A DNA stretch of 63,772 bases, filler included, from Lama guanicoe (taxonomy: Eukaryota), in assembly GCA_013239625.1 (NCBI GenBank). It is 180 parts of 180 records of this genome, joined end to end, with 100 filler letters (N's around TTAATTAATTAA, not from the genome) between each part and the next. Parts side by side here need not be neighbours in the genome. Positions count along the whole stretch, not along the records: positions 36,894 to 37,148 come from PNXV01049180.1; positions 37,249 to 37,503 come from PNXV01049181.1; positions 37,604 to 37,858 come from PNXV01049182.1; positions 37,959 to 38,213 come from PNXV01049183.1; positions 38,314 to 38,568 come from PNXV01049184.1; positions 38,669 to 38,923 come from PNXV01049185.1; positions 39,024 to 39,278 come from PNXV01049186.1; positions 39,379 to 39,633 come from PNXV01049187.1; 172 more parts are not named here. The stretch is one strand, 5' to 3'. The notes under the pieces were generated by a model. It saw nothing but the letters and a program-made list of their open reading frames with translations. It searched no databases and was not told the DNA's origin. Below, piece after piece: positions 36,794 to 48,507 of this stretch. Position numbers and translations under genes: made by a program. Position 1 is the stretch's first letter, and every line of letters starts with the position of its first letter.

Positions 36794-39023
36794 NNNNNNN
36801 NNNNNNNNNNNNNNNNNNNNNNNNNNNNNNNNNNNNNTTAATTAATTAANNNNNNNNNNNNNNNNNNNNNNNNNNNNNNNNNNNNNNNNNNNNAACTAAC
36901 AGTTATTGCACATCCAAACTGTGACAAACTCTGTAATAGGTCCCAGATCACATAATACTCAATATATTCATATGCCTCCTTTCAGGACCATTTTCACTTG
37001 TGCACTTTTTTGATTCTATGTTCCCAACATGCTGCCTCCAAAGACTGTCTTAAAAAACAAAAGAAAACAAAACAAAACTCCTCTTACTTTTAAAGTGCAT
37101 GAAATCTTTAGAACTTCACATGTTATTTCCAACAGGGACGTGCTTCCTNNNNNNNNNNNNNNNNNNNNNNNNNNNNNNNNNNNNNNNNNNNNTTAATTAA
37201 TTAANNNNNNNNNNNNNNNNNNNNNNNNNNNNNNNNNNNNNNNNNNNNTGAGGTGGGAGGTGCCCCACACCTGCTGGACAACCTGGGAGCAGCCCAGCGT
37301 GCCCCCAGCTCCCGTCGGGGCCTTGACACGACGCAAACTGCTGCCACGCTTACTGACCAATCGTTTGGCCAATTTCCCAACCAGAGCCCAGACACACTGC
37401 CCCGACAAGGCTAATTCCATCTCTTCAAGCAACCTTCCAACTGCCGTGACGTGGGCCGCCCCTTTCTGGAAGCCTGGCGGGCTGCTCATGGACCCTATTC
37501 TCTNNNNNNNNNNNNNNNNNNNNNNNNNNNNNNNNNNNNNNNNNNNNTTAATTAATTAANNNNNNNNNNNNNNNNNNNNNNNNNNNNNNNNNNNNNNNNN
37601 NNNATGTACAATGATGTAAAGACCATTTATATTTAGACTGCTTGAATTTTTGTAATTTGGACATTTTAATTTAAAAATATATTCTTAGTTTTGAGAATAA
37701 AGTGATCAGACATCCTGGAAAAATGGTCACAGGAACAAAAACATTTGACAGAAGAGATGTGAATGACCTCAAATCTGTGATCAATGTTCAACTCACAAGA
37801 TACAAGATAAATATAAACTGAAACCACCGTGAGATATGGATTTGACTATCTTATGGGCNNNNNNNNNNNNNNNNNNNNNNNNNNNNNNNNNNNNNNNNNN
37901 NNTTAATTAATTAANNNNNNNNNNNNNNNNNNNNNNNNNNNNNNNNNNNNNNNNNNNNTCTCCAGGGTGGGCCTTGAACACATGCTCTGACAAACCACTG
38001 CCAGTGCATGGCAAGCGGACATCCCTGCTTTACACATGATCCCTAGGACCCCCCAGGTGGTCCATGGCTTCCTTGCTGCTTACCTACTGATAATGCCTGA
38101 ATCTAAACCTTCATTTAGCTCCATACCCTCCCCCAAGCTTGAGATCCAGGTATCTTCAGTTCCATCTTGGTTATTCAAAAGCACCTCAAAGTCAGCATGC
38201 CTGGAACTAGTCANNNNNNNNNNNNNNNNNNNNNNNNNNNNNNNNNNNNNNNNNNNNTTAATTAATTAANNNNNNNNNNNNNNNNNNNNNNNNNNNNNNN
38301 NNNNNNNNNNNNNACAGCAGACTGAGGACCAGGCGTTGGGACACCGCCAGAGCCGCACCAGGTAAGTGGGGAGCAGAAGTGGGGAGCGGACAAGGCCAGG
38401 GCTTCCTGAGTCCCTGCTCTGGGCCCAGCCTAGGGACCCACCTCCTAAGGAATCTGGGCTCAGGTTTGGCTTCTGCTAAAACCTGTCCTTTATCAGGGTT
38501 CCCGGTCCCTTAGCCTGCCTTGTCCTAAGTCACCTAAATGCTTACTGAGAGCACAGATGCCAAGTTCCNNNNNNNNNNNNNNNNNNNNNNNNNNNNNNNN
38601 NNNNNNNNNNNNTTAATTAATTAANNNNNNNNNNNNNNNNNNNNNNNNNNNNNNNNNNNNNNNNNNNNCTCTGTGACAGATACAAACTTGTCCAAAGAAT
38701 GCTGGCACATGTTCAGTGCAGACTTAAGGGCTGGGACGTGAAGTCTTGAGTTCACCCGTGAGCTGCTACTACTTCCCTGTGTGACTCTGGGGAAGCTTTC
38801 CGCCACTCTGCCTGTACTCTGCCCCTGGGCCACAGGGTGGCTTCAGCCCTGTGCCTTCCTCATTCCTAGGCCATCTTAGGGAGATGCTTTGGGTTTCCAT
38901 TATGAAGCTAGAGGAATCTTTGTNNNNNNNNNNNNNNNNNNNNNNNNNNNNNNNNNNNNNNNNNNNNTTAATTAATTAANNNNNNNNNNNNNNNNNNNNN
39001 NNNNNNNNNNNNNNNNNNNNNNN

Positions 39024-39278
39024 GAGAAAAGGGAACCCTCCTATACTGCTGGTGGGAATACAGTTTGGTGCAGGCACTATGAAAAACAGAATGGAGGTTC
39101 TTCAAAAAACTGAAAATAGACTTACCATATGATCCAGCAATCTCATTCCTGGACATATAGCCAGAAGAAACTCTAATTTGAAAAGATACTTTCTCCCCTC
39201 TCAGTATTCATAGCAGCACTATATACAATAGCCTAGACATGGAAACAACCTAAATGTCCATTGATAGATGACTGGATA
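39024..39278 (+). mobile_element. L1 ORF2 3' region
   Basis: gagaaaagggaaccctcctatactg...catatgatccagcaatc...gacatggaaacaacctaaatgtcc. Confidence 0.93.
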
Positions 39279-39378
39279 NNNNNNNNNNNNNNNNNNNNNN
39301 NNNNNNNNNNNNNNNNNNNNNNTTAATTAATTAANNNNNNNNNNNNNNNNNNNNNNNNNNNNNNNNNNNNNNNNNNNN

Positions 39379-39460
39379 ATCACCTTGGGGAATAGCTTTC
39401 AACATATGAATTTCCTGGGGTGGAGGCGCTGGGGGGACAGAAACATTCAGTCTACGGTAG
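39379..39460 (-). mobile_element. MaLR (MLT1/MST) LTR 5' end
   Basis: atcaccttgggg...tttcaacatatgaattt...ggggacagaaacattcagtc. Confidence 0.7.
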
Positions 39461-41153
39461 TGGGCCTTTGGCATCTGTCCCCTTTCCTCTTGGGTTATAT
39501 CTGGATCTTAAACTCTAGGTGTTGAGTTTAAGCTGCATCCGCTTCAAGTTCTCCTTTTCTGGTACCTGATGTCCCTTTCTTTCGTCGGAGACAAGCTGTG
39601 TGTTGTATCTTCTGGTCATATGTACTGATGATTNNNNNNNNNNNNNNNNNNNNNNNNNNNNNNNNNNNNNNNNNNNNTTAATTAATTAANNNNNNNNNNN
39701 NNNNNNNNNNNNNNNNNNNNNNNNNNNNNNNNNATTCAAGTGTTTTGTTGCAAAAGTAGCAACAGTACTGATTGTTATCCCCGCACCACAGTGTGCTGAG
39801 CGGAGCGGGAATGCTGCCAGTGCTTTTATAGATTTCAGGATAATCCCCAACCATAAAGTTCACTGAAGTTTAAAAAATAAATTTTTAAAAACTCATTTGT
39901 AGCAGTCACACTTTTTAAGTTAATGACACACTTTCTTACTTGTGACTTGTCTTTCCTCATTGAAGAAGAGCATGATGTTTCAGACACCNNNNNNNNNNNN
40001 NNNNNNNNNNNNNNNNNNNNNNNNNNNNNNNNTTAATTAATTAANNNNNNNNNNNNNNNNNNNNNNNNNNNNNNNNNNNNNNNNNNNNGTGGTTTCTGGA
40101 AGGCCTGTTCTGAAGAAAGCTCACCGCCCTGGTGCTGGGTTGGCACCTGGCTCAGCTCAGCGCTTGCGGGGTTCACTGATGCTGTGAAATATACCTGATG
40201 CACAGCTTGTCTGTGGTGAACAAATGTGCTATGTGATCCAGAAGTGCTTTGTGTCCGATACTGGCTTTTCACAGTACTGATAGAAGAGCTTTTTTGAACA
40301 CTTTTCAGCCTCTTGCCATGTGTGTGTATGTGGGACATGCAAGNNNNNNNNNNNNNNNNNNNNNNNNNNNNNNNNNNNNNNNNNNNNTTAATTAATTAAN
40401 NNNNNNNNNNNNNNNNNNNNNNNNNNNNNNNNNNNNNNNNNNNCTTTCCATTAGCAATGTAAGAGGGTTTCAATTACACCATAATCTTAAAACACTTTGT
40501 ACTATGTGATTTTGTTATCCTAGCCATCCTAGTGAGTCTTGATTTCTGTCCTCAGTGGCCCAAAAGTCTTTCAGAATCAAAGCTTAAATTCTCCCACATC
40601 CCCCAAAATGCCCAACTGGCTTCCCTCTTTCTCTTTTATTTTTCCCTGATAATTCTACTTATATATTCTGATCACATATACTTATATAGATATCTAGANN
40701 NNNNNNNNNNNNNNNNNNNNNNNNNNNNNNNNNNNNNNNNNNTTAATTAATTAANNNNNNNNNNNNNNNNNNNNNNNNNNNNNNNNNNNNNNNNNNNNAC
40801 GTCTGTAGGGCAGAGGAAGGACTCACAAGGAGACGGATTGGAGGCCACAGCTGGACCTCCCAGGATGCCTCACTCCGTCCGAGATGCGGGATAGGGCTCC
40901 TGCTGGTGGTTTCAGTTAGGTTAAGTTTTACGTAGAAAACGCAGCCTGCTTGAGAAAAGGCGAATCAACTGACGGCTGTTGTGAGGGAGGCTCGGCGAAT
41001 AACGTAATTACATCCTCTGCAGTCCGTGTAACCGGCTAAATAGCGTTCTCTTTNNNNNNNNNNNNNNNNNNNNNNNNNNNNNNNNNNNNNNNNNNNNTTA
41101 ATTAATTAANNNNNNNNNNNNNNNNNNNNNNNNNNNNNNNNNNNNNNNNNNNN

Positions 41154-41408
41154 CGGGGAAATATCCAGCAGAAACAGTGCACAAGTCCACACAAAAGATC
41201 TGTACAAGCATTTCCATGGCAGCTTTATTTATAATAGCTGCCAAATTGAAGCACCGCAAATATGTATTCGGAGAATAGACAAACAAAATGCGGTACATTC
41301 ATCAAATAGAATACCTCAGTGAAGAGTGTAAACTGTGTGACCCCATTTCTATAAAATTTAAAAACAGGCAAGTTAATGCAGTGTGGTAGAGGTGAGCATT
41401 GCGGTTAC
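41154..41408 (+). mobile_element. Ancient L1 (L1MC/ME) ORF2 end and 3' UTR
   Basis: gtccacacaaaagatctgtacaag...gcagctttatttataatagc...acaaaatgcggtacattcat. Confidence 0.75.
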
Positions 41409-42639
41409 NNNNNNNNNNNNNNNNNNNNNNNNNNNNNNNNNNNNNNNNNNNNTTAATTAATTAANNNNNNNNNNNNNNNNNNNNNNNNNNNNNNNNNNNN
41501 NNNNNNNNACCGGCATCTCCGACCCAAGACCCTGGGAACCGGAGGAAATGGGCCCTTTCCTGAGCATGTTCACTTTTCGAGAGACCACGTGGACCGTCTG
41601 TGTGACGAGCAAAAGCAGAAGGGAGCAACTGCACCCTGCAGAGCTGCTTCGAGAAAGCACTGCAGACACACACAGAGAAGTTCCCAGAGGGGGCCAGAAG
41701 AACCCTGAGAGATGGCAGCGGAGCTCGGGCCTGGGAGGGACACTAGCTCCCAGCTGGAGTCCCNNNNNNNNNNNNNNNNNNNNNNNNNNNNNNNNNNNNN
41801 NNNNNNNTTAATTAATTAANNNNNNNNNNNNNNNNNNNNNNNNNNNNNNNNNNNNNNNNNNNNACTTTCCTCACTGTATATCCTTTGACAGAAAATGGTA
41901 CTCCCTTTGTTTCCTTGAAGCATATTTCATTTTTTTTCTAATGGAAGAAACTCTAATGCAAACACCATCACGATGCCCTCTTTTTCCCACTCATAATCTA
42001 ACATCCGCTCTTCAATCTTCCTCTAGAAGAGATAGCTCAATAAATTAGTGATGTTCATCTGTGAGACTGTATACTCTATCAATTTTGGTTGGGTCTTCCT
42101 AGAAGAATCTGCTATTGTNNNNNNNNNNNNNNNNNNNNNNNNNNNNNNNNNNNNNNNNNNNNTTAATTAATTAANNNNNNNNNNNNNNNNNNNNNNNNNN
42201 NNNNNNNNNNNNNNNNNNATAAAATTCATTATCACTTAGATAAAATATTTCTATTTAAAAAATGAGGAATCAAAACATAATGAGTGGCTTTACAGTGGGA
42301 TAAATTTTGTAATACCAGAAGTGGTACAAAGATTACCTACCATCATTTCTAATTTAAATTTATATATAGCATACATTTCAAATATTACACATTATTTATA
42401 AATAAGGCACTCATGTAAATCTAGCATCACAAATAGCATTAATTAATAAACAATTTATTTGTCCAGAAAAAAANNNNNNNNNNNNNNNNNNNNNNNNNNN
42501 NNNNNNNNNNNNNNNNNTTAATTAATTAANNNNNNNNNNNNNNNNNNNNNNNNNNNNNNNNNNNNNNNNNNNNTCCTTTTAGGGTTAGTGTGGACACTTA
42601 ATCCCGCTTTTCAACCAGGACAATGTTGGGACCCATGGA

Positions 42640-42828
42640 GTTGCTGTCCAATAGGTTAGCCACAGCCACTGATGCTTGGAGCGCTGGGGAGGAGGCTGGT
42701 CTGAACTGAGGTGTCCTGTAGGTCAAATGCTCATCAGACGCTGAGGCTTGTCTAGTAAAAATATATAAACTCTCTTGTCACTTCCTATATTGATTACATG
42801 TCAAAATGATAGTGTTTTACATACAGTA
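42640..42828. mobile_element. MER33-like hAT-Charlie fragment
   Basis: gctgtccaataggttagccac...ggctggtctgaactgag...tatattgattacatgtcaaaatgata. Confidence 0.7.
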
Positions 42829-43638
42829 NNNNNNNNNNNNNNNNNNNNNNNNNNNNNNNNNNNNNNNNNNNNTTAATTAATTAANNNNNNNNNNNNNNNN
42901 NNNNNNNNNNNNNNNNNNNNNNNNNNNNAAAGTGTATTTTTGAAATATTAAAATGTCATAAATTACTATTATGCCAACATTAAATGTATCAGATTTTACC
43001 AAAAAACGGTGTGTCCTCGTTTTAATTGAAACGCTGTACGTCCAAATGCTTTATGAACCGAAAATCCAATAGTCTTTGTTCACTGCTGCCAGACCTGCAT
43101 ATGACGCCCAACATACTTCCTGGATAACGGATTTAAAAATGGTTTTAAAATGTAATGTATTGAGTTAGCCCAAAAGATTTTTCNNNNNNNNNNNNNNNNN
43201 NNNNNNNNNNNNNNNNNNNNNNNNNNNTTAATTAATTAANNNNNNNNNNNNNNNNNNNNNNNNNNNNNNNNNNNNNNNNNNNNTAAACAGCTCATCCAAA
43301 CTCTTTTTTTCGTCTAAAAGTGGGTTAGCTCATCGCTTTCACGTGATGCGTGGGGGTTAGGGGTTTAAAAACCACCAGGACATGAGAAAGTTCAAACGTC
43401 CCCATGCTGTCCACGCACGATGTTTGTGTTCTTTTCAAAAGGACTTGACTTAAAAGGACGAACCTCTTTCTGTAGCGAGAGTGAAAGAGCAGCGAGGGCC
43501 AGCCCCAGGCCCCACTCACCGTGACGCGGTCCTGTGTGNNNNNNNNNNNNNNNNNNNNNNNNNNNNNNNNNNNNNNNNNNNNTTAATTAATTAANNNNNN
43601 NNNNNNNNNNNNNNNNNNNNNNNNNNNNNNNNNNNNNN

Positions 43639-43893
43639 CTCGGATGAGAGTCTCCTTTTTCCAAAGCCAAGCGGGACGGCGACCCAACCCTGCTCACCCT
43701 CGGCGGGGAGCCGGGCCCCCCACCAACCCCGCCACTGGGCCACAGCTGCCCGCGCCCTGTCTCCCCGCACCCCGGGCCCCGGGGCGGGGCTGCTGCGGAT
43801 TAAGACAGTTTACCGCGCGCTGAGCTGCTGCAGCCCTGCGGGACGGCCCGCTGACTGTGGGCCGCGCTGGAGCGGGCTCCCAGCGCCCGGGCG
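43639..43893. promoter_or_regulatory. CpG island fragment
   Basis: High GC, dense CpG, GC box ggggcggggc at 43781. Confidence 0.75.
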
Positions 43894-44351
43894 NNNNNNN
43901 NNNNNNNNNNNNNNNNNNNNNNNNNNNNNNNNNNNNNTTAATTAATTAANNNNNNNNNNNNNNNNNNNNNNNNNNNNNNNNNNNNNNNNNNNNAAAAAAA
44001 AAGATATAAGTAACTTCATCTTATTCTACTCCACCTCTGGCCTACTTACCAGAAACAGTCACTTTACATTCTTCTTGCTACTTATTTTGGTAGTCCTCTA
44101 TATTTCTTCTTAATAATGTCTTCATTCTGCCATTTCTTGCTTTATCCAGTGTAGGCCTTACCTAGTGACTTCCTGACTATCCTCCAAATACAAACTCTGG
44201 TTTCAGCTAATTCAATTTTACTTTCTTGAACAGCCTCTCCTTCTCCCCNNNNNNNNNNNNNNNNNNNNNNNNNNNNNNNNNNNNNNNNNNNNTTAATTAA
44301 TTAANNNNNNNNNNNNNNNNNNNNNNNNNNNNNNNNNNNNNNNNNNNNAGT

Positions 44352-44451
44352 GGGGGGGAGGGTATAGCTCAGTGGTAGATCACATGCTTAGCATGTACGA
44401 GGTCATGGATTTGACTCCCAGTAACTCTGTTAAATAAAACAAACAAACAAA
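44352..44451 (+). mobile_element. Vic-1-like camelid tRNA-derived SINE
   Basis: gggggggagggtatagctcagtggtagatcacatgcttagcatgtacgaggtcatggatttgactcccagta; A box TAGCTCAGTGG (44365-44375), degenerate B box (about 44407-44418), A-rich tail. Confidence 0.85.
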
Positions 44452-44603
44452 TGGCCAATGAGCCCATGAAAATGTGCTTAATATTATTAGCCATTAGGGA
44501 AATGCAGATTAAAAACACAATAAGATAGTGCTATATACCTAGACTGACTACGGCGAAAACTTGATAATGTTAAGTGTAAACAAGGATCCTGTGATTCTCA
44601 GAC
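44448..44603 (+). mobile_element. Old L1 ORF2 fragment hosting the SINE
   Basis: aatggccaatgagcccatgaaaatgtgctt..attattagccattagggaaatgcagattaaaa. Confidence 0.8.
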
Positions 44604-45058
44604 NNNNNNNNNNNNNNNNNNNNNNNNNNNNNNNNNNNNNNNNNNNNTTAATTAATTAANNNNNNNNNNNNNNNNNNNNNNNNNNNNNNNNNNNNNNNNN
44701 NNNCTTTATTCCTTTAGATTAAGTTTAAATTTCATCAAATTCTTCTACAAATCCTTTTGTATTTTGATGGAATGACATTGACTTTATATTATAGATGAAA
44801 TTTACACTGTGTATTCTTTTGTTTTCCTCTCAAAGGTAGAACTGTTTCTTCATGGATTGAAGTCTTCTTTCATATCTCTCAATGTTATATATACCTTTCT
44901 CTTTGTATAATACAGTATATATAATTTTGTCAACTTATTCTTAAGTATTTCATTTTTTNNNNNNNNNNNNNNNNNNNNNNNNNNNNNNNNNNNNNNNNNN
45001 NNTTAATTAATTAANNNNNNNNNNNNNNNNNNNNNNNNNNNNNNNNNNNNNNNNNNNN

Positions 45059-45313
45059 TACTGCTAAAAATAAATGAGCTATCGAGCCATGAAAAGACAT
45101 GGAGGAATCTTAAATGCATATTATTAAATGAAAGAAGTCAATCTATAAAATCTACATACTGTATGATTTCAATGATGTGTTATTTTGGTAATGGCATAAC
45201 TATGGAGACAATAAAAACTGTTGATAGCAAGAGGTGAGAGAGGGTGGAGATATGAATAGGCAGTGAACAGAGGATCTTTAAGGCAGTAAAAATACTTCGT
45301 ATGTCACTGTAAT
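45059..45313 (+). mobile_element. L1MC-type 3' UTR
   Basis: aaatgagctatcgagccatgaaaagacatggaggaatcttaaatgcatatt. Confidence 0.85.
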
Positions 45314-45439
45314 NNNNNNNNNNNNNNNNNNNNNNNNNNNNNNNNNNNNNNNNNNNNTTAATTAATTAANNNNNNNNNNNNNNNNNNNNNNNNNNNNNNN
45401 NNNNNNNNNNNNNCTGCCCTCATTAACTCAGCCACGGTG

Positions 45440-45570
45440 GCCTGGGTGCCTCCAGGGAGCCAGGCCCTGCTCTAGGCACTGCGAAAACAACAGCGAACTA
45501 AATGGACAGTTCCCTGCCCTTCTGGAGCTTTGAGTCTAACAGAGGAGAATGACAATAAAAAAAAAAAATA
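45440..45570 (-). mobile_element. L2 3' end fragment
   Basis: gccaggccctgctctaggcactg...cagttccctgcccttctggagctt. Confidence 0.65.
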
Positions 45571-46123
45571 AGCAAATACATCACAGCCTGATAGTCATGC
45601 ACCGTGAGTAAGACAGGAGGGCAGGGGGAGAGTGGCAGGAGCAGTGGGGGTGGGACTGGTGGTTCTTTNNNNNNNNNNNNNNNNNNNNNNNNNNNNNNNN
45701 NNNNNNNNNNNNTTAATTAATTAANNNNNNNNNNNNNNNNNNNNNNNNNNNNNNNNNNNNNNNNNNNNCGCTGGTGACTAGAGGGACCCCGGGGCAGAAG
45801 GCAGCATGGGAAGGGAGAAGGAGGAATGTTCAGGATAAGGAGATGAAAGGGGGAACGGATAGCACTGTGAGGAGTTCGACCATAAAAGGGAGGAGAAAAG
45901 ACAGTGACACCTGGAGCGGTGTCGGGTTAAAAGTTGCGGGCTATTTTTTTTTAATTTTAATAATTACCAATATAATTGACAGATTTCTTATGTTATTAAA
46001 GATTATGTGCCATGTCATATAACNNNNNNNNNNNNNNNNNNNNNNNNNNNNNNNNNNNNNNNNNNNNTTAATTAATTAANNNNNNNNNNNNNNNNNNNNN
46101 NNNNNNNNNNNNNNNNNNNNNNN

Positions 46124-46733
46124 GCACGTGCCAGCCTGGAAGGGATGCAGATGAGCACACTCGGGTGAATTACTGTCCCAAACACAATGAACTACAGTAG
46201 AGGGATTATACTCGGTTCCTAATCGCTCAGGGTCACTGGTCATTCAGGCCTGATGTCCCGGAGGAGTCCCTTTGAGGCGGATGCTGTGAGTACCTGCTCC
46301 GCGTGGGCAGAGGGCTGCACGTGCCTTGGCACTGGCAGTGGTGACTTGTAACTCCCTGGACTCGGGACTTAAAGTCCTNNNNNNNNNNNNNNNNNNNNNN
46401 NNNNNNNNNNNNNNNNNNNNNNTTAATTAATTAANNNNNNNNNNNNNNNNNNNNNNNNNNNNNNNNNNNNNNNNNNNNGCACGTGCCAGCCTGGAAGGGA
46501 TGCAGATGAGCACACTCGGGTGAATTATTGTCCCAAACACAATGAACTACAGTAAAGGGATTATACTCGGTTCCTAATCACTCAGGGTCACTGGTCATTC
46601 AGGCCTGATGTCCCGAAGGAGTCCCTTTGAGGCGGATGCTGTGAGTACCTGCTCCGTGTGGGCAGAGGGCTGCACGTGCCTTGACACTGGCAGTGGTGAC
46701 TTGTAACTCCCTGGACTCGGGACTTAAAGTCCT
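46124..46733 (+). repeat. Duplicate contig pair 4 (46124-46378 vs 46479-46733), bubble arms
   Basis: 6 substitutions, first and last 49 nt identical. Confidence 0.97.
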
Positions 46734-48252
46734 NNNNNNNNNNNNNNNNNNNNNNNNNNNNNNNNNNNNNNNNNNNNTTAATTAATTAANNNNNNNNNNN
46801 NNNNNNNNNNNNNNNNNNNNNNNNNNNNNNNNNAAAGGTGAATTTAACATCTCTTTACTATAAAATATAAAATGCTTAGGTATGTTCTATATAGTAACTT
46901 AAAGCCATAGACTGTACCAAAAAAATACAATTCTGTATCATCTCTCATAGATTAAAATTAGACACCTTACCTCCATCTTGTTACTGGGATTCCACTGCCT
47001 TCTAGAGTTGTACCAGTGTGTAGGAGTAAATGAGAGTAAAAATCTACTTCAGGATGACACCTGCACCCCAATGTTCATAGCAGCACTNNNNNNNNNNNNN
47101 NNNNNNNNNNNNNNNNNNNNNNNNNNNNNNNTTAATTAATTAANNNNNNNNNNNNNNNNNNNNNNNNNNNNNNNNNNNNNNNNNNNNTGCTGCCATGAGG
47201 TCACCCAGGCCCTCCACGGGGCTCCACAGAGGCTGACGGGCCCCCGTGGTCTGGGGACTCCCAGCTGAGTTTGGATCCGGCAGTGTCCCCTACTTAACGC
47301 CCGGGCGGCCACATGCCCACAGGGAGGCGGCCGCTCGGGGCCAGGGGAGCCGTCCTGCTTGCAGGAGAGGGAGCCCCCCCTGCCTCCCCCGGGGCCTGTG
47401 TCCTCCTCACCCTCTTCCCAGGGGGCCTGAGCTGGGGGGGGGNNNNNNNNNNNNNNNNNNNNNNNNNNNNNNNNNNNNNNNNNNNNTTAATTAATTAANN
47501 NNNNNNNNNNNNNNNNNNNNNNNNNNNNNNNNNNNNNNNNNNAATAGCTAAGCACAGAATGTAAGATCCACTGAGCATAACCGATCTAAAATTTTATATG
47601 TTTATGGAAATCCGGGGAAGAGACTCTAAGATATGGTGATGGTTGCTAATGACAATAGAAGCCAGCTTTCATTGATCCTTCATTTTGGCCGTGCTATGTC
47701 CTTCGTGAAGATGGTCTCATTTAATCTCCGCAACCACACACGCGGTTGTGCTGGAGGGTAGGGGTGCTCTCCAGAGCAGACATGCAAAATGAAGTAANNN
47801 NNNNNNNNNNNNNNNNNNNNNNNNNNNNNNNNNNNNNNNNNTTAATTAATTAANNNNNNNNNNNNNNNNNNNNNNNNNNNNNNNNNNNNNNNNNNNNTCT
47901 TTCCTTGACTCAGGCCAGGCGCGTGGCAGAGGCCTCCAGGAGTCCGTGGCTTCCACCACCAGCCCCTTCCTGCATCCATAGTGACTGATAAGCCCACTAA
48001 CTGAACATCATTACCAGACTGAGATTGTCATCACCCTGTCTTAAGCATTTGGCTGATGCTAAAGTCCCCAAGCGATCACAGCACCGAGAAGCCTAGGGTA
48101 ACGTGTTATTTGTCAGCTACACCCAGGCTCCTTGGGCTCCAGACGCAAATCANNNNNNNNNNNNNNNNNNNNNNNNNNNNNNNNNNNNNNNNNNNNTTAA
48201 TTAATTAANNNNNNNNNNNNNNNNNNNNNNNNNNNNNNNNNNNNNNNNNNNN

Positions 48253-48507
48253 AGTGATTTGTGCACTATCATTAGAGTATTTCACTGCTCTGTATTTGTC
48301 TGTATATTTACCTTTACCAGTAAAATGTATACTTCCTTTTGCTTTTGTGTTGTTGCTTATTGTCCTTTCCTTTCAACTTGACAACCCCCCTGTAGCACTT
48401 CTTGTACAGCAGGTCTAGTGTTAACAAACTCTCTCAATTTCTGTTTGTCCAGGAAAGTCTATCTCTCCTTCATTTCACAGAAAACTCTTGCTATGTGTAG
48501 TATTTTT
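48253..48507 (-). mobile_element. Old L1 ORF1 end / inter-ORF region, antisense
   Basis: tagcacttcttgtacagcaggtctagtgttaacaaactctctca..ttctgtttgtccaggaaagtct. Confidence 0.75.

Noticed and set aside
38359..38367. Consensus splice donor CAG/GTAAGT
   Set aside because: Less than 50 nt of upstream sequence and no identifiable peptide; cannot support an exon call
44352..44425. Possible tRNA gene
   Set aside because: Degenerate B box, G-rich head, A-rich tail and insertion within L1 indicate a SINE
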